From the NCBI GenBank assembly GCA_012295275.1, contig CM022665.1:39618001-39682000 (forward strand): 64,000 nucleotides of DNA. Direction: 5' to 3'. The translations under genes were made by a program, and so were the position numbers. Shown piece after piece: positions 45,159 through 59,465 of the stretch. Source of the DNA: Chrysomallon squamiferum (taxonomy: Eukaryota > Animalia > Mollusca). Within the stretch, counting starts at the first letter, position 1, and every line of letters starts with the position of its first letter. The notes below the pieces were generated by a model, which saw only the letters and a list, made by a program, of their open reading frames with translations, was not told the origin of the DNA and made no database searches.

Positions 45159-45240
45159 CATTTAGAAAAATACACAGACATACAGATATATGGATACAGA
45201 GATATTAATATAGATAAAGCCTCCCATTAATCCATACAGA

Positions 45241-45277
<37 letters not shown>

Positions 45278-46578
45278 TATACATAAAATATAACTTCAAA
45301 GAAAACTACAAAATTGAAATATATCATACTGCACAGTATCTACGCATTCTTCTGGCTGTTTTTGTAGCTGTAGAAAAGACGTGAATGCATCTTCCATGTC
45401 GCTGGTAATTATTTGTTACATGCGTCACAAAATGCAGAGTAAGACATATATTAAACATCTTTATTTTCACCTTAACTTGAAATATGGTTCTCATATTTCC
45501 ACACAGAAATCGCACGTAAACAGCGATGATTACTGTTATTTTCGTTGCTAGCTGTAAATTTTGCGTGTGCATAATAATAGGGTTTTTTGTACAAAAGTGA
45601 CCATTGCATTCAGGAGTTTGTGTCAGTAGCAATTAGCAACAGAAAATAATTTAATGCCAAGATTTTTTTTTTAATATTAAAATTGTTTAGAAAACTTATT
45701 TTGGGCTCACTTTTTATTTTCATTCATGAGAGAAATGCATTTTATGATTTTGAGAAAAAAGAAGAATTTTTGACATCATTTACAGTGACAATTTTGAGAG
45801 TCAATATTGTTTTAAATTACTTTCTTCTTTCCATTTGAGACATAATTTTTCAATATTTTGAAAAAACTAAGGAAAAAAAAATATATTCATAATTTTCTTT
45901 TTTTTTGGAAGAAAAGTAATGAATTTTGACGTGAGGGAATTAAAAGTGAAAATAAAAAAACAACAATTTCCTCATAACTGATACAAAAAATGTAATACTT
46001 GTGTCAAATAACCGATGAAATGGTAAATTTCTTATGCAAACAAGAATCTTTAATTATTTTGATGTTCATGACTGGTATTGGAAATGACATTTTAACTTGC
46101 CCCAGGCGAACACGTGTTATGTGATAGCGTTTCGGGTTAGTTTATAATGTCCACGAAAGTTATGATTGTATGAAAACCCGCTGCTCAGTAAACTGATTTC
46201 ATTTGTGGTTTACGATTATCTTTGAAATGAGTTTTGTAGTGGCTTGTTCAGTCTGTGTGTCTGTTCCTCTGGGTGGTTTTTTTTCATTTTGTGTCCACTC
46301 TTCTGCATCGTCTCTACAGTTCTCGTTCTCTGTGTTAACCTCTATTCTCCTTTTTTAACGTCTTTGTTTTTCTTTTTGAGCGTTTACCTGTTTTAGTCTG
46401 TCTCTCGTCTTGTTTTCATCTTCCTAATTCTCTCTGTTTCTCTCTTTGTCTTTCTGTGTTTGTCTCTGTCTTTCTTTGTGTGTGTTTTTTTTTTTCTCAA
46501 TCTATTTTTTGTGTGTGTTTATTTCTCTTAATCTAGCTTTTGTGTGTGTGTTTGTATAGTGTGTGTAGCGGGTATGTG

Positions 46579-46658
<80 letters not shown>

Positions 46659-46711
46659 ATAGCCATGCAACAGTCTTTCAAAGCACAATCTTTCATTTAG
46701 TGAATACGAAG

Positions 46712-46824
<113 letters not shown>

Positions 46825-47555
46825 CTCTCTCTACCTCCATCTCTCTCAATTATTTTTTTCTATCTTTTTTTTTCTTCTAATTATGCGACCATCATCCTGT
46901 TATTTGCTTATTTAGAATCCTTCTCTTCTCTACTGTCTGTGCCAGCACGACAGAGATCTTACAAAGTAGCTTTCAGACTCAAAAATCTAATCTCATTTCG
47001 CCTTCATCATCATGCAATGCAGCACTTATTGACCGCTATTATTAAACTTGTGTCTTGTCGAAACTGCCTCTCCATTGTTTCTTCAAATTACGTTTTAAAA
47101 GTACAACTCGTAACTGGCATTTCTCAGTCAACTGGCTTGACACATCACTTCAGCATCATTAGTTGAAATTATCCAGTATTGAAGAAGACCCGCGAATCCC
47201 TCTTAGATAGTGAAATGTCCCAATCGAAATCCCACTGGGTTTTTTTTTTTTTTTTTTTTTTTTTCCAAGTCAAGTCATAGTCACTGGACTTAAATTGAAA
47301 CTTTAATTTTTGTTTTGTTTTGTTTTCAAAGCTTTTTTGATCTGACTGTTATTGCTGATTACTTGAAACTGAAATAATTTTGTACTCTTCTGAAGTCGTC
47401 AACAGTCACTGAAATGAAAAAAAAAAAAACAAAAACAAAGAACTGAAACTGTACTTTCTCTTAACACAGTTACAGGCATTGAATTAAAATTGATTTTGTA
47501 TTTGCTTTTAAATCGGTTAATAAAACTGTACTTTCTCTTAAATCAGTTAGCCATT

Positions 47556-47586
<31 letters not shown>

Positions 47587-48105
47587 AAAAAAATATTACT
47601 GTTAAATTAAAACTAAAATTATACTGTTCACATCAGATCGCTTACAGCTAGGTAGTTAAATTATCGTTGATGAACTAAAACTGAAATCATTCTGCTTTTT
47701 TTAATGTCTTTGAACTCCGAGTGAAATGTTTTAACAAATCACTTTCAACGTGAGAACTAAAAAAAAAAGGACCTGTTTTTGCAAGTCATTATTTCTCTTT
47801 TTCCATTTGCTTGTTTAGTTTGCTGTTTGCATTGATCTTGTACGTCGTAGGTGATGATGTACAACATGTGTCAGAACAGTGGGAGTCGGGCATACATTAA
47901 ACACCTTCATTTTTAACATAACGAATAAATACGACATGGAAAGTATTGGCTTCAAAAATATGATTCAGTTATATTCTCCTGTCACATGTTGAACCAAACA
48001 TACACCAAAATAATCAATACAAAATGTAACAGCAACAAGAAAGAGCCTTATTCCAATGTTTTAGGGGTTCGAGTCGTAGAAAAAGGTTTAAAATATTCTG
48101 AACAG

Positions 48106-48137
<32 letters not shown>

Positions 48138-49057
48138 CATAATAATAATAATAATAATAACAATAATAATAATGTTTGTTTTTTTTGTTTTGTTTTTTCT
48201 GTTTATAAAGTTCAAGTTTACTGTTAACAAATAAAAAAATAAAAATAATGAATAAAAATGGTATAGAAGTTAGCTGACATTTTTTGAGCAGACGATTCAT
48301 GAGATGAGACCCTTTTTCTCGAACTTTCTGAGATTACGCGTAACACGTATGGGGCTGTGTATCTCTTCAAACAGACTTCGGCAAAAAAACAAACAAAACA
48401 ACCCCACCAATAACAGTATTCAAACCCCCGTACCTCTAATCTATATCAATAATAAAAAATAAAAAGCTGTATAAATAAACTGTCTAGTCATGTTCCTACT
48501 GATGCCTTAGGTGTTTGTTTTACATCGAGTTTTGACTTGTTTCTGCAATCAAATTTCCCAGAATTCTGATCGCCTAGATCATTCGACTGGTTTTCAGATA
48601 AACCGGAATGAAGCGGACACTGCCTCTGGGCACTGTTTATTGATCGGCGTTACTTTCCGAGTCGCTGTTTACAGCCATACTTGGAAAGAAGAAAGAAAAA
48701 AAATTATTTCGTAAGTGATTCAAGTTTTCTGAGAGACTGAGCGAGCATTGGGGAAAAAAAAAAAAAAAAAAAAATACATTTATTAGTTTGTTAACAGACT
48801 TGATATCGATTTATCTCCCTTTATAACGACTCTTAAAATATTAGTTTGCTAAGCAAAGGCTTTTTTTTTTTTGTCAGTTCGTTTTTGCGATTTCTATGAA
48901 AATAAAACACACAGCTTCGAGAAACAGAATGGTTTGTACATTGATTCCCATTGGTTTTGAAGATGTCACTTTTATGTGAATTTCAGGAAAAAGATTTCCA
49001 GTTAAGCGATTATTCGCTTTTAACGAGACTTGGGTTTGCTCGAGTGTAGTTTCCTTG

Positions 49058-49182
<125 letters not shown>

Positions 49183-50998
49183 TTTAATAGCAAAACTTGC
49201 AAAAGAGAAACCAGATAATAATGGGGAAAATGAATATGTATATGTATGTATATATATATATATATATATATATAAATACGTTAAAAAGAAACAATAACAA
49301 CAACTTAAAAAAAAAAAATAAAAAAGAGAGAGAAAAAAGGACAAGAATATCTTACTTAAATTCAACTTCCATATTGTAGGACGTACCTACATCCCTATCG
49401 CAGATCCAATCACATACGTCACCTCCACAAAGACAACAACATTTACCTTTATTTCATTTTTATTTCATTTTTTATTTAATGTAATCTTTTATTCATTTAC
49501 TTTTAACAAAAAATAAACTCTCTCTGTTTCTCTGTCAGATTTGTAATAATAAAAATTGCTGAGCGAATCAGACTGTGTTGAAAGAACAGATAACACAAAG
49601 TTAATGACAGTTAAACGTCAGAATGAAATGTTAATAATAAAATAATCGTTATACTCCCTTAATAGGCAGAAACGATAGCTCGATGTTTAGGTATTATACA
49701 AGTAATGTACACTGTCCGTTAATTTATTTTAATGTATATGGCGCTGGTATTGATGAAGTTTAATCTGATAAAAAAACAGTTTCAAGCGATCCAAACGTTA
49801 ACCACTAAAATGCTTCAAGTGTAAAATCTGGTCCATTAATATTATGTACGCTGTGAGAGAGAAGATTCGATGGAAATTTGTTTGGCTCTGATATTATATG
49901 AATTGTCATTTTTGATTGGTTGCTCCTTGGAGACTGCCGTTGTGACGTAGCATACGCCCATACACCCTTACACGTTAAAAACCCAGAAACGTTCACAAAC
50001 ACTCAGACACATATAAAATGGTCATGTATCTTCGACTCATATTAATTATAATTGTAGAAGCATAGACATACGCACATACATAAATATACGGATTCATACA
50101 TGCATACTGCTAAATCAGACGAAAATGAAAATAAATCTTGAGTCGTCTATATATATTATGTGTTTGTATGCACTCATCATGTATATATGTACGCATATAT
50201 GTGTGTGTATGTGTGTGTGTATTTATATATGTATATATATATGTATGTATGATTATATATATGTCTATGTGTGTATGTATGTATGCATGAATATATGTCT
50301 GTATATGTATGTGTGTGTATGTATGTATGTATTTATGTATGTATGTATGTATTCAGTAATACCGTTTAACCTTCAAACACCATCAAATGTTTTTATAACT
50401 TAACATTAACATTTAAACATTATGGTAACTGAACTTTAATCTATATAAATACTTAATTCAGTGCATTTGCACACATTAAAACTCATACTTTTCAATTTAT
50501 AAATACCACAAATCTGGGACTGTCGAGAATTCTCTTGGGGAAATAAATAATTTACGAGACGGTCATACCACGCAGCTTTCAGACGTAGTTCATATTCTCA
50601 AACAGATTTCTGAAATATGCTTTGGAAACATTCACCAGAACGAATCAACATAAATGCGTATTAACATACTCACAAGTTAAACAGAGAGAGAATGAAGAAA
50701 GAAAGAAAAAAAAAAAAAAAAGAAAGAAAAGAAAAAGACATGTGCTTTTAATTACCTGTTTATCTTTCTGCCTGTCTGTCTGTCTGTCTGTGTGTCTGCT
50801 TGTCTGTCTGTCTGTCTTTGCATGTGCATCTCTCTGGTATCTGTCTATCTCTACAAATACAGACATATATTTATCAGCAAAAAGGCACAGATATACGTCG
50901 ATACGGAAAGAGAAAGATGTGTAAGTTTAGATAGATATATAGACACTCAGATACATTTCGATAGAGAGACAGAAAGACATGTATAGATAAACAGATTG

Positions 50999-51081
<83 letters not shown>

Positions 51082-52930
51082 GACCCACATACAGAGTATA
51101 GAGAGTAAAAATAGAAACTGTATGTAATTAAAATAGTATAATAACAGCTACTTTAATTTCTGTTATCCTAACATTATAATTAAAACTGAAATTGTAAAGA
51201 ATAAATAAATAATGTTATTTAAAAGAAAGAAAGAAAAGCGATTCTTTTTTTATAACAGAATACAAAACCCATCAGCAACGTGTATTGATTTTATAATCAT
51301 TGCTGTGAGACAGAAATATTTTTAAAACTGTATTTACTTTCTTTTACGTCAAGAAAGACAAGAAAGAAGATACAACGGAAACAAAACCAATAAAAATATA
51401 TTTACATCAGCTGATATCAAAGTATTTATTTTGACAAGACAAACAGGAATAAATAATTATATATGTCTTGTTTGTTCCATTGTATGTATAAATAGGTGTG
51501 TTTATATAGTAAGCATGTTGTGCGTATTTGTATTGTGTTTCTATGTATTGCTTGGTGTGTGTGTGTGAAGTGTGTATGTTGTAAGTTAATTGTGTGTGTT
51601 TATGTGGGTGTGTACATACATATACACATACATACATACATTAATATATTATATACATACATAAATATATATATATATATATACACACACATACACACAT
51701 ACACACATACATACATATATGTATGTAGATCTGTCTGTCTGTCTATCTCTCTGACTGTCTGTCAGTGTGTCTATCCAAGTGTAACTGAATGTGTATTTGT
51801 TTAATGTGTATGAGATTGTGTTTCTGAGTGTGTATGAGTATGAGTAGTATGTGTGTATTTAAAAATGTGTGTATAGTGTATGCATGTGCGAATATGTATG
51901 TTTAATGCAGGTGTCTGAATTTTTAAGATTGAAATATATTTTATGAATGTGATGTTATGAGTGAAAATATGTACACAACATGCACAAATACGACTATAAT
52001 TATATAATTCGTACTACAGATATATTAAATTATTGATTCGAAGCTCTTAATGAAACAACAATAATCTTATAAAAACTCAAACAAATCGTAGGTCGTCCAG
52101 ATCTAGGGCGAAACTAATTTCCGATTAGAGATAAATTTAGATTCTATTAATTTTTAAATTATCTTTTGTAACAAGCAGCCATCTAAATAAATCAGGTTAT
52201 TGAATAATCAGGTATTATTGTTACAAAAACGAACGGCAAAATACGAAAAAAAAAAAGAAATAATAATAATAATAAATAAATAAAAAACATATTAAGATTA
52301 AGTGTATTTGTGGGTGAAGTAATACTTTCTCTTCCATAATAAACTCATACTGCGCAGCAGATTTCAATCGCAATTTCCAAATCATTATGTTTACTTTGTT
52401 TAATTCTTTGCACTTTTCTGTCGCAACAAACATAACTTTTCAATAGCATCAAAAGAAGAATTAATGCAGTCAAATTCAATTTTCTTTCAGCAAACAATGC
52501 TAAAAATGCGAGTTTTGTATGGGCGAATAATAACAGAAAACGATTGATGAACCATTGTCCGTAACAAAATGAACGTTGTCGTGTTTTGAATACGTCTAAG
52601 TGGAAATCCTTGTCTGATCTTACAGTTGTAAAAACATTTGACAGTATTTCTGTTATTTTTCCAATACAAGGAACAATGTGTGCTATGGATTAATTAGTGG
52701 TTATGCTTCGTTTTGGCGACGTGTTCGTTAAACTCGAAGAAGTTATTGCGTGACTGAAATATCAAGCGGAGTATGAAAGGACTAACAGTTTCTTGCACCA
52801 AGATGGCACTTTAATTGTGTTCGATCAGAACCAACACGATCGTGGCAAGAGTAACTGTAACCGATATGTTCCTTCCGATGTTTCAGTTAATGATAACGAC
52901 TACGACGATGACAACAACAACAACAACAGC

Positions 52931-52980
<50 letters not shown>

Positions 52981-53511
52981 TGATGATGATGATGATGATG
53001 ATTACGGTAGTGGTGATGGTATGATATATAACTACGTCGACGACAGCGACGATGATGATCACGATGATGATGATGATAGTAACAATAATGATAAAGACAA
53101 CAACGCCAACAGTAATAACAATGACATTGGCGATTATAACCATAATAATAATAACAATAATAAAAACAATAATAATAATAATAACAACAACATTTTATGT
53201 AACTGCTCCATTCAAAACTTTTTATATGATCTAATATTATATATGATCAGAAATACAATTAATATCACTACATATGAAGAGTATACTAACTTCAGACATG
53301 CTATGGTCAGTTATTTTTCAGAAGCAAGTACTTCTGTTATACAGTAAAAAAAAGAAAGAAAAAAAGACTACGTCATTAATTCGACACTGTTTGAATGGGT
53401 ATGATAGTAGTAATAGTAGTGTTGGTGATGATGACGTTGATAATAGTAACAACAACATCACATATCAAAGTATTTGATAAACCGGTAGTGACGTAAGTCA
53501 ACAACGATGAT

Positions 53512-53774
53512 CAGGGCCTATGAGAGGGCTGGGAGGGTTCAGCCGGTACTTTGTTCCCGGGCCAAAGAGCTAAGAAGGGTCCCACATCAACCATGCATTA
53601 ACTGAATATGTTTGTTACATTATGTTATATCTAATCATGGAACTAAAATATTTATGAGAGTTTACACGTGGATTTACTGGACATCAGATCCTCGATTTTG
53701 AGAAAAATCTTTGCCTGCCTCGTGATCCCAAAGGGGTCTTGTACCGCCTTGCAAACTTTCTATTGGAGGCCCTG
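53512..53774. mobile_element. Non-autonomous hAT-like DNA transposon (MITE), family A, copy 2 (263 bp)
   Basis: Perfect 8-bp TIR CAGGGCCT...AGGCCCTG; flanks ACGATGAT and CCGACGAT (6/8); homologous to 29291-29514 in inverted orientation. Confidence 0.85.
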
Positions 53775-54294
53775 CCGACGATAACAACATCCACAACCAT
53801 AACTAAGACAACATCAGCGTCGATAAAAAAAAAAAAAAAAAAAAAAAATAAACATAACTAAGACAAAGACAACAAAGATAAAAACAAAATAAAAACAACA
53901 ACAATAACTAAGACAACGACAACGACGATAATAAAAGGAAAAAAAACAAAACAAAAACATAGCTAAGATGAAAACAACGATAAGAAAAAAATAAACAATA
54001 TTAACCGAGACAACGATAACCAAGACACTGACGATCTGCATCAAGCAGACGACAAAACCTCGTTGTCTACCGCCATTAATTTCTCTCGACCAGTCTGGGA
54101 CCGAGGGACACTCAAATGCCACAGGGACGTTTACACTTGCAGACGCGTAAATTAAAATTCTGCATCGGAAGACGTTTCTGACAACCCGATGATCTTTCTT
54201 CCTCTCCAGCGTCCTCGCTTCGGCGGTAACAGAAAGCCAAATCATACGAATTGAAGTACGAAGTAATGTTATTATGACACGACGGCGGACTTAC

Positions 54295-54336
54295 ACGAAG
54301 CAAACCGCGTTTCGTCTGTTTTGGACTCTGCGGCAT
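54295..54336 (-). CDS. Candidate short coding exon on the minus strand (MPQSPKQTKRGLLR)
   Basis: Minus-strand CAAAATG start and CGT|GTAAGT donor in a CpG-rich block. Competes with a plus-strand reading of the same block. Confidence 0.15.
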
Positions 54337-54890
54337 TTTGTCTACTCCCAAGAGTTTTTGCTGTTTGCGCGTCTGCGTTTGATTCGCTTCGCGATAAAAG
54401 GTGATACGCGGTACATTATTCATAAACTGCAGGACTTAGTGACAAAGGTGTTAGAAGAATGAGATTAGGTTACATAATACCACACTACGAAGAGCACTTT
54501 AACGAACACGATAAAAGCAGATGGAAAATGATTATCTGATTAAAGGATTTTTATCAGTTTAAGATTCGTTACATTGCATCTGTCGATTATGTTGTAATAC
54601 AAAGGATTTAGGAATGTAGGCCATGTGTTAATATATATTCATGAACAAAATACTTAAATTAAACTATCTACATAACTAACAGCCTATGTTCTTATCTACA
54701 TACACATATATACATTTATACAGAAATTTATACACTCAGTTGTGAAGTAATATTAAACAAATCCTTTTTAATCTGCAGCAACGAAAGACAAATAATGATC
54801 CAAGAGGAATAACTCTTGTTATCTGTGAAGACTATTTGCGCTCTTTCGTGCTCTTTACAAAATAAAATTTGAACTGAGCAGTCACACGCC

Positions 54891-55064
54891 CAGAGGCGTA
54901 GCGTTGGTTATCAGCGCCCGGGGCCCGGGGTCAGGCAAGTGTATTGCGCCCCCTAACCCGTGGAAGTTAGCCATCCCCGAGCACTTTCAGTAGTCCAGTA
55001 GTAAACCTAAGAATTTTAAGCCCGGGGCAACCGTGACTGTGGGCCCGCCCATACTATGCCGCTG
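54891..55064. mobile_element. Non-autonomous hAT-like DNA transposon (MITE), family B (174 bp)
   Basis: Termini CAGAGGCGTAGC...ACTATGCCGCTG (9/12 inverted match); flanks CACACGCC and GACACGCT (6/8); GC-rich subterminal GCCCGGGGC motifs near both ends. Confidence 0.75.
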
Positions 55065-55461
55065 GACACGCTAAATGTATGTAAATATACAAAAACTCTT
55101 CTGTTATGTGCGAAAGATAAAATAAACAAATAAACAAACAAACAACACAAACAATCAAAACAAAACAAAACAAAACAAAACAAAACAACAAAAAGAAAAA
55201 AGTTAAAAAAGAAAAAAATAGAGAAAGAAAAAGAAAATCAAAACAAATAAAACCAGTATTAATATTGACGGTTACTTGGTTTCTATTTTCATAGTAATGA
55301 CGTAAGATGAAATGAGTTACTTGTATCCGTCTGAGATATTTTTATATGTAGTGGTGAAAGAAAATATCACAGGTTTTAATAAATCAGACGTGTAGCAGCG
55401 TCAGGAATCTGAAATAGCCTGAAATCTCATAAAAACATCACCACCACCATCACCACTAACA

Positions 55462-55504
<43 letters not shown>

Positions 55505-56620
55505 AATAATAATATAAAAAAACAATGATAATGATAAAAAATACAATTATAAACAAAATAAAAGAAATAAAATAAATTATGATGAAATGATAATAATAAT
55601 AATAAATGAAAAACAAAATAAATTAAATAAATAAAAGCAGTCAAATAAATAAATAAATAAATAAGATTATTAAAATGAAAAATAGATATGCAAAGAAGAC
55701 CACTAGATTATTTTATAAATGTAGCTAACAACAACAACAACAACTACAAACAAACAAAACAAAACAAACACACAATAAATATATTTTCTTCTGATCAAGT
55801 GACAAAATAATGAAGGATTTCAAAAACTTTAAAAGACTGAGCCATTGCGCTTTCTTTCATTATCAAGGAGGCACCAGAAATTGAGTGACTCCTGCACTAG
55901 TACTGAAAATTCCACAGAGTTTAATTAGTGGACTTTTATCTCTTTTATCACTAGTTTAATACTAATCCTGTATAATCTGACCCTTCAAATTCACGCTTCA
56001 CTGATAACATCTTCCATTCACTAACAAGTACTTTTGAGTAAAATAAAAAACATTTGACAATTGATTCACGAGATTATAACCAGCTCTTTGAGAGAAATAC
56101 TAACGTTCCTGAACCTGACCCTTATATATGTGTGTGTATGCGTGCGTGTGCGTGCGTGTGCGTGTGTGTGTGTGTGTAGAACAGTAATCTACATTCTTGA
56201 TCAGAGATGGTTGTGAAGTCAAACTTAGTTATATAAAACATATTCAAAAAGATCCAAAGGACTGCCACTCTCTCTTTTTTTATTTTTTTTATTTTTTTTT
56301 TAAAATATATTTATTTATTTATTTTATCAACCGAATGAAATTTTAACCCCATAAAAATCAAGCTTCAAATAAATTAAAAAAAGAAGAAAAAAATTGTTTA
56401 CAAGAAATCAGCCTACTCTCTTTATTAGTAGACGTCAATTTCACAATTTTAATGAGATATTAACGACATTTGAAAAAAAGAAAAAAAGAAAAGAAAAATC
56501 ATCTCAGATATTTGACTAAACTATAAAACTCAATTTTCACAAATCTGGTTTACAGGACAATAGTCCACACTTTTTTAACAGTGGACGTCAGTTCAAATTT
56601 TAACTCTTTGTTAGTCAGAT

Positions 56621-56790
56621 TCAGACATAAGGTCCGAGGGACTATCAGACATATAGTCCGAGGGACTACCCGATGCTTACCACATTCAGATAAATGGTCC
56701 CATAGTCTGCTCGACCCTAACCAAATTCATGCAGTTTTGGTCCCACGGACCTCTAACCACATTAAGTCAGCTGTTCCGAGGGACTGCAGA
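56621..56790. repeat. 24-bp tandem duplication with decayed further copies (core GTCCGAGGGACTA)
   Basis: Units at 56621-56644 and 56645-56668; related cores near 56739 and 56773. Confidence 0.7.
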
Positions 56791-57016
56791 AACCAAGCAA
56801 GCCAGTTGGTGTAATTACTTTAAACTGTCGTGGCCCGTAATTAACGAGGTTATATCCTGTAAATTGACGAAAAACACCCAGGCGCCTGATTCTCTAACCA
56901 GCCCGTGTCTCGCGCTTGGTTAATATCAACTTGCCCCATGCTTCGATTTTATGTAAGAATGATCTCTGGCCACGCATACAGTAGCTACAGGGTGTAATGT
57001 CAGTGTGTTTAAGGTT

Positions 57017-57085
57017 CGTGGCCGTAGGGCAGTGTAACGGTTGATCAAAGAACGAAAGGCCAAAGGATCGATTCCCTTCGGTGCA
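57017..57085 (+). mobile_element. Degenerate tRNA-derived SINE head
   Basis: A-box-like CGTAGGGCAGTG and B-box-like GGATCGATTCCC about 40 bp apart; the B-box resembles the reverse complement of the motif at 34400. Confidence 0.4.
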
Positions 57086-57336
57086 TATACAAATTATTAA
57101 TATCTGTCATTAATATTCATATATATATATATATAATGTGAGTGATGAAATAGCTATAGAGGAAAAATAACAATGTAAATTTGTATGCATATATGGAATG
57201 TTAGCTTATTTATGTTTGTGTATGTTTGGTTGTTTCTCTCCCTTTCTCCTCTCTTTTTCTTCCCTCCTTCCTTCTTTCTATCTCTTTCTCCCTTTCTCCC
57301 TTTATCTCTCCCACATCCCTGCTCTTTTCTATCCCT

Positions 57337-57439
<103 letters not shown>

Positions 57440-57872
57440 AAGTTATACAATAAACATCATATCTATATAAAAATGTAAAATAATTCTATAGGGAATCTCC
57501 GTAGCTATGACAACAACACATAATATCAATATTATAAGATTAAAAGCAAAATGAGATAAAATGTATCTGCTACGTTTTGTGTGTCTAGAGAAATGATTCA
57601 GTAGGACAGAAATGTAAAATTAGACGGGCTTTGACGACTCTAGATCTCATCACGTTTTAGTTATAAATTTATTTTATATCTACAAAATATTCTTGCATAC
57701 AAATATCAACAGACAAAATATCTACACGGTAGAGCAAAATAAAACAAAAGTATTTACATTATTAAACAAAAGAAACAGCAAAAACAAACCCGTTTCAAGA
57801 AAAAAAGAAATTCTCTCCCTCTCAATACATGAATACCCCCCAAAAAAAGAAAAAAAACTACAAAGATATCTA

Positions 57873-57909
<37 letters not shown>

Positions 57910-58435
57910 AAACCCAAACAAGCAAAAACAAAAATAAATGAAATATAAACAAAATTAATCAAAATAATCAACGGTATAAACAACATACATTCACACACAT
58001 ACGCACACACACGCAGAAAAAAAAAAAAAAAAAAAAAAAATGAAAATAAAAATAAAAGTAAAAAAAAAATAAAATAAAATAAAAAAATACAAACAAAAAA
58101 ATGGTCAATAAAAACAAACATCAAAACAAAACAAACGCGTATTCTTCTCTGATAGTAAAACACAGAATCTAATTTTCTTCAGATAACATCAGCTAACTGT
58201 ACTACACTACTTCATCATGTTTGCAACACAAGACATTTCCATTACGTCCATTTATTATTAATAACGTATTCTCCACCACGTTCAAAGCTGAACACTAACA
58301 ATTACCTCACAGAGATTCTCTAAATATTATTTATTACTTCGGATCCTGGTCAGTTTTTAATAATTGCTGTTCTTCAGAAAATATTTTTGTATCAACAGCA
58401 CGACATTTTGTGATTCGATCGGTGGCTTTGTTAAT

Positions 58436-58532
<97 letters not shown>

Positions 58533-58739
58533 GGATAGTGAATATCTGAACCTAGATAAATGGAAATAAAGAGTAGACAGATATACTATCTTCATAAAAC
58601 AGAAGACGATTAAACAGACAGATCCTGATAAACTAGATATAGATACCTAGACACAATAAAACAAAACAATTATAGAAAATTTTCGATTTCTTCGTTTTTC
58701 GATTTCTTTCACTACATTGAAACCACACACACATTAGAA

Positions 58740-59465
58740 TCAACAGATTAAATACATTTCACACACCATACATCAACACAACACATCATATTTCACACGC
58801 CATACTATATTTCACAGACAGAGAAAAAAAATCATTTCACACGACAATCAGAAACATCAAAACTATTTGACACGCCATTTAAAATTTTCATTTTCTTCCT
58901 TTTCGTTTTCATTTTCAGACATCAACACAACACATCCACACAACACAAACCACACATTTCACACACCATACACAACACACCAACCACATATTTCACACAC
59001 CAGACATCAACACATACACAACCACATTTTCACATACATCAGTAATCAACCACAACACACACCAGACATCAACACAACACATCAGCTACACATTTCTAAA
59101 TATCAGACATCAACACAACACATCAACCACACATTTCACACACCAGACATCAACACAACACACCAACCACATATTTCACACACCAGACATCAACACAACA
59201 CATCAACCACATATTTCACACGCCATACATCAACACAACACATCAACCACACAACACATCAACCACACATTTCACACACCAGACATCAACACAACACATC
59301 AGCTACACATTTCTAAATATCAGACATCAACACAACACATCAACCACACATTTCACACACCAGACATCAACACAACACACCAACCACATATTTCACACAC
59401 CAGACATCAACACAACACATCAACCATACATTTCACACACCATACATCAACACAACACATCAAAC
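58740..59465. repeat. 40-bp minisatellite (ATCAACACAACACATCAACCACACATTTCACACACCAGAC)
   Basis: 40-bp period (59111, 59151); a variant unit ATCAGCTACACATTTCTAAATATCAGAC recurs at 59081 and 59298. Confidence 0.95.

Noticed and set aside
52793-53347. Asp/Asn-rich biomineralisation-type protein (also 20416-20781)
   Set aside because: Composition comes from (AAT)n/(GAT)n/(AAC)n runs like those throughout the window; non-ATG start and no signal peptide.
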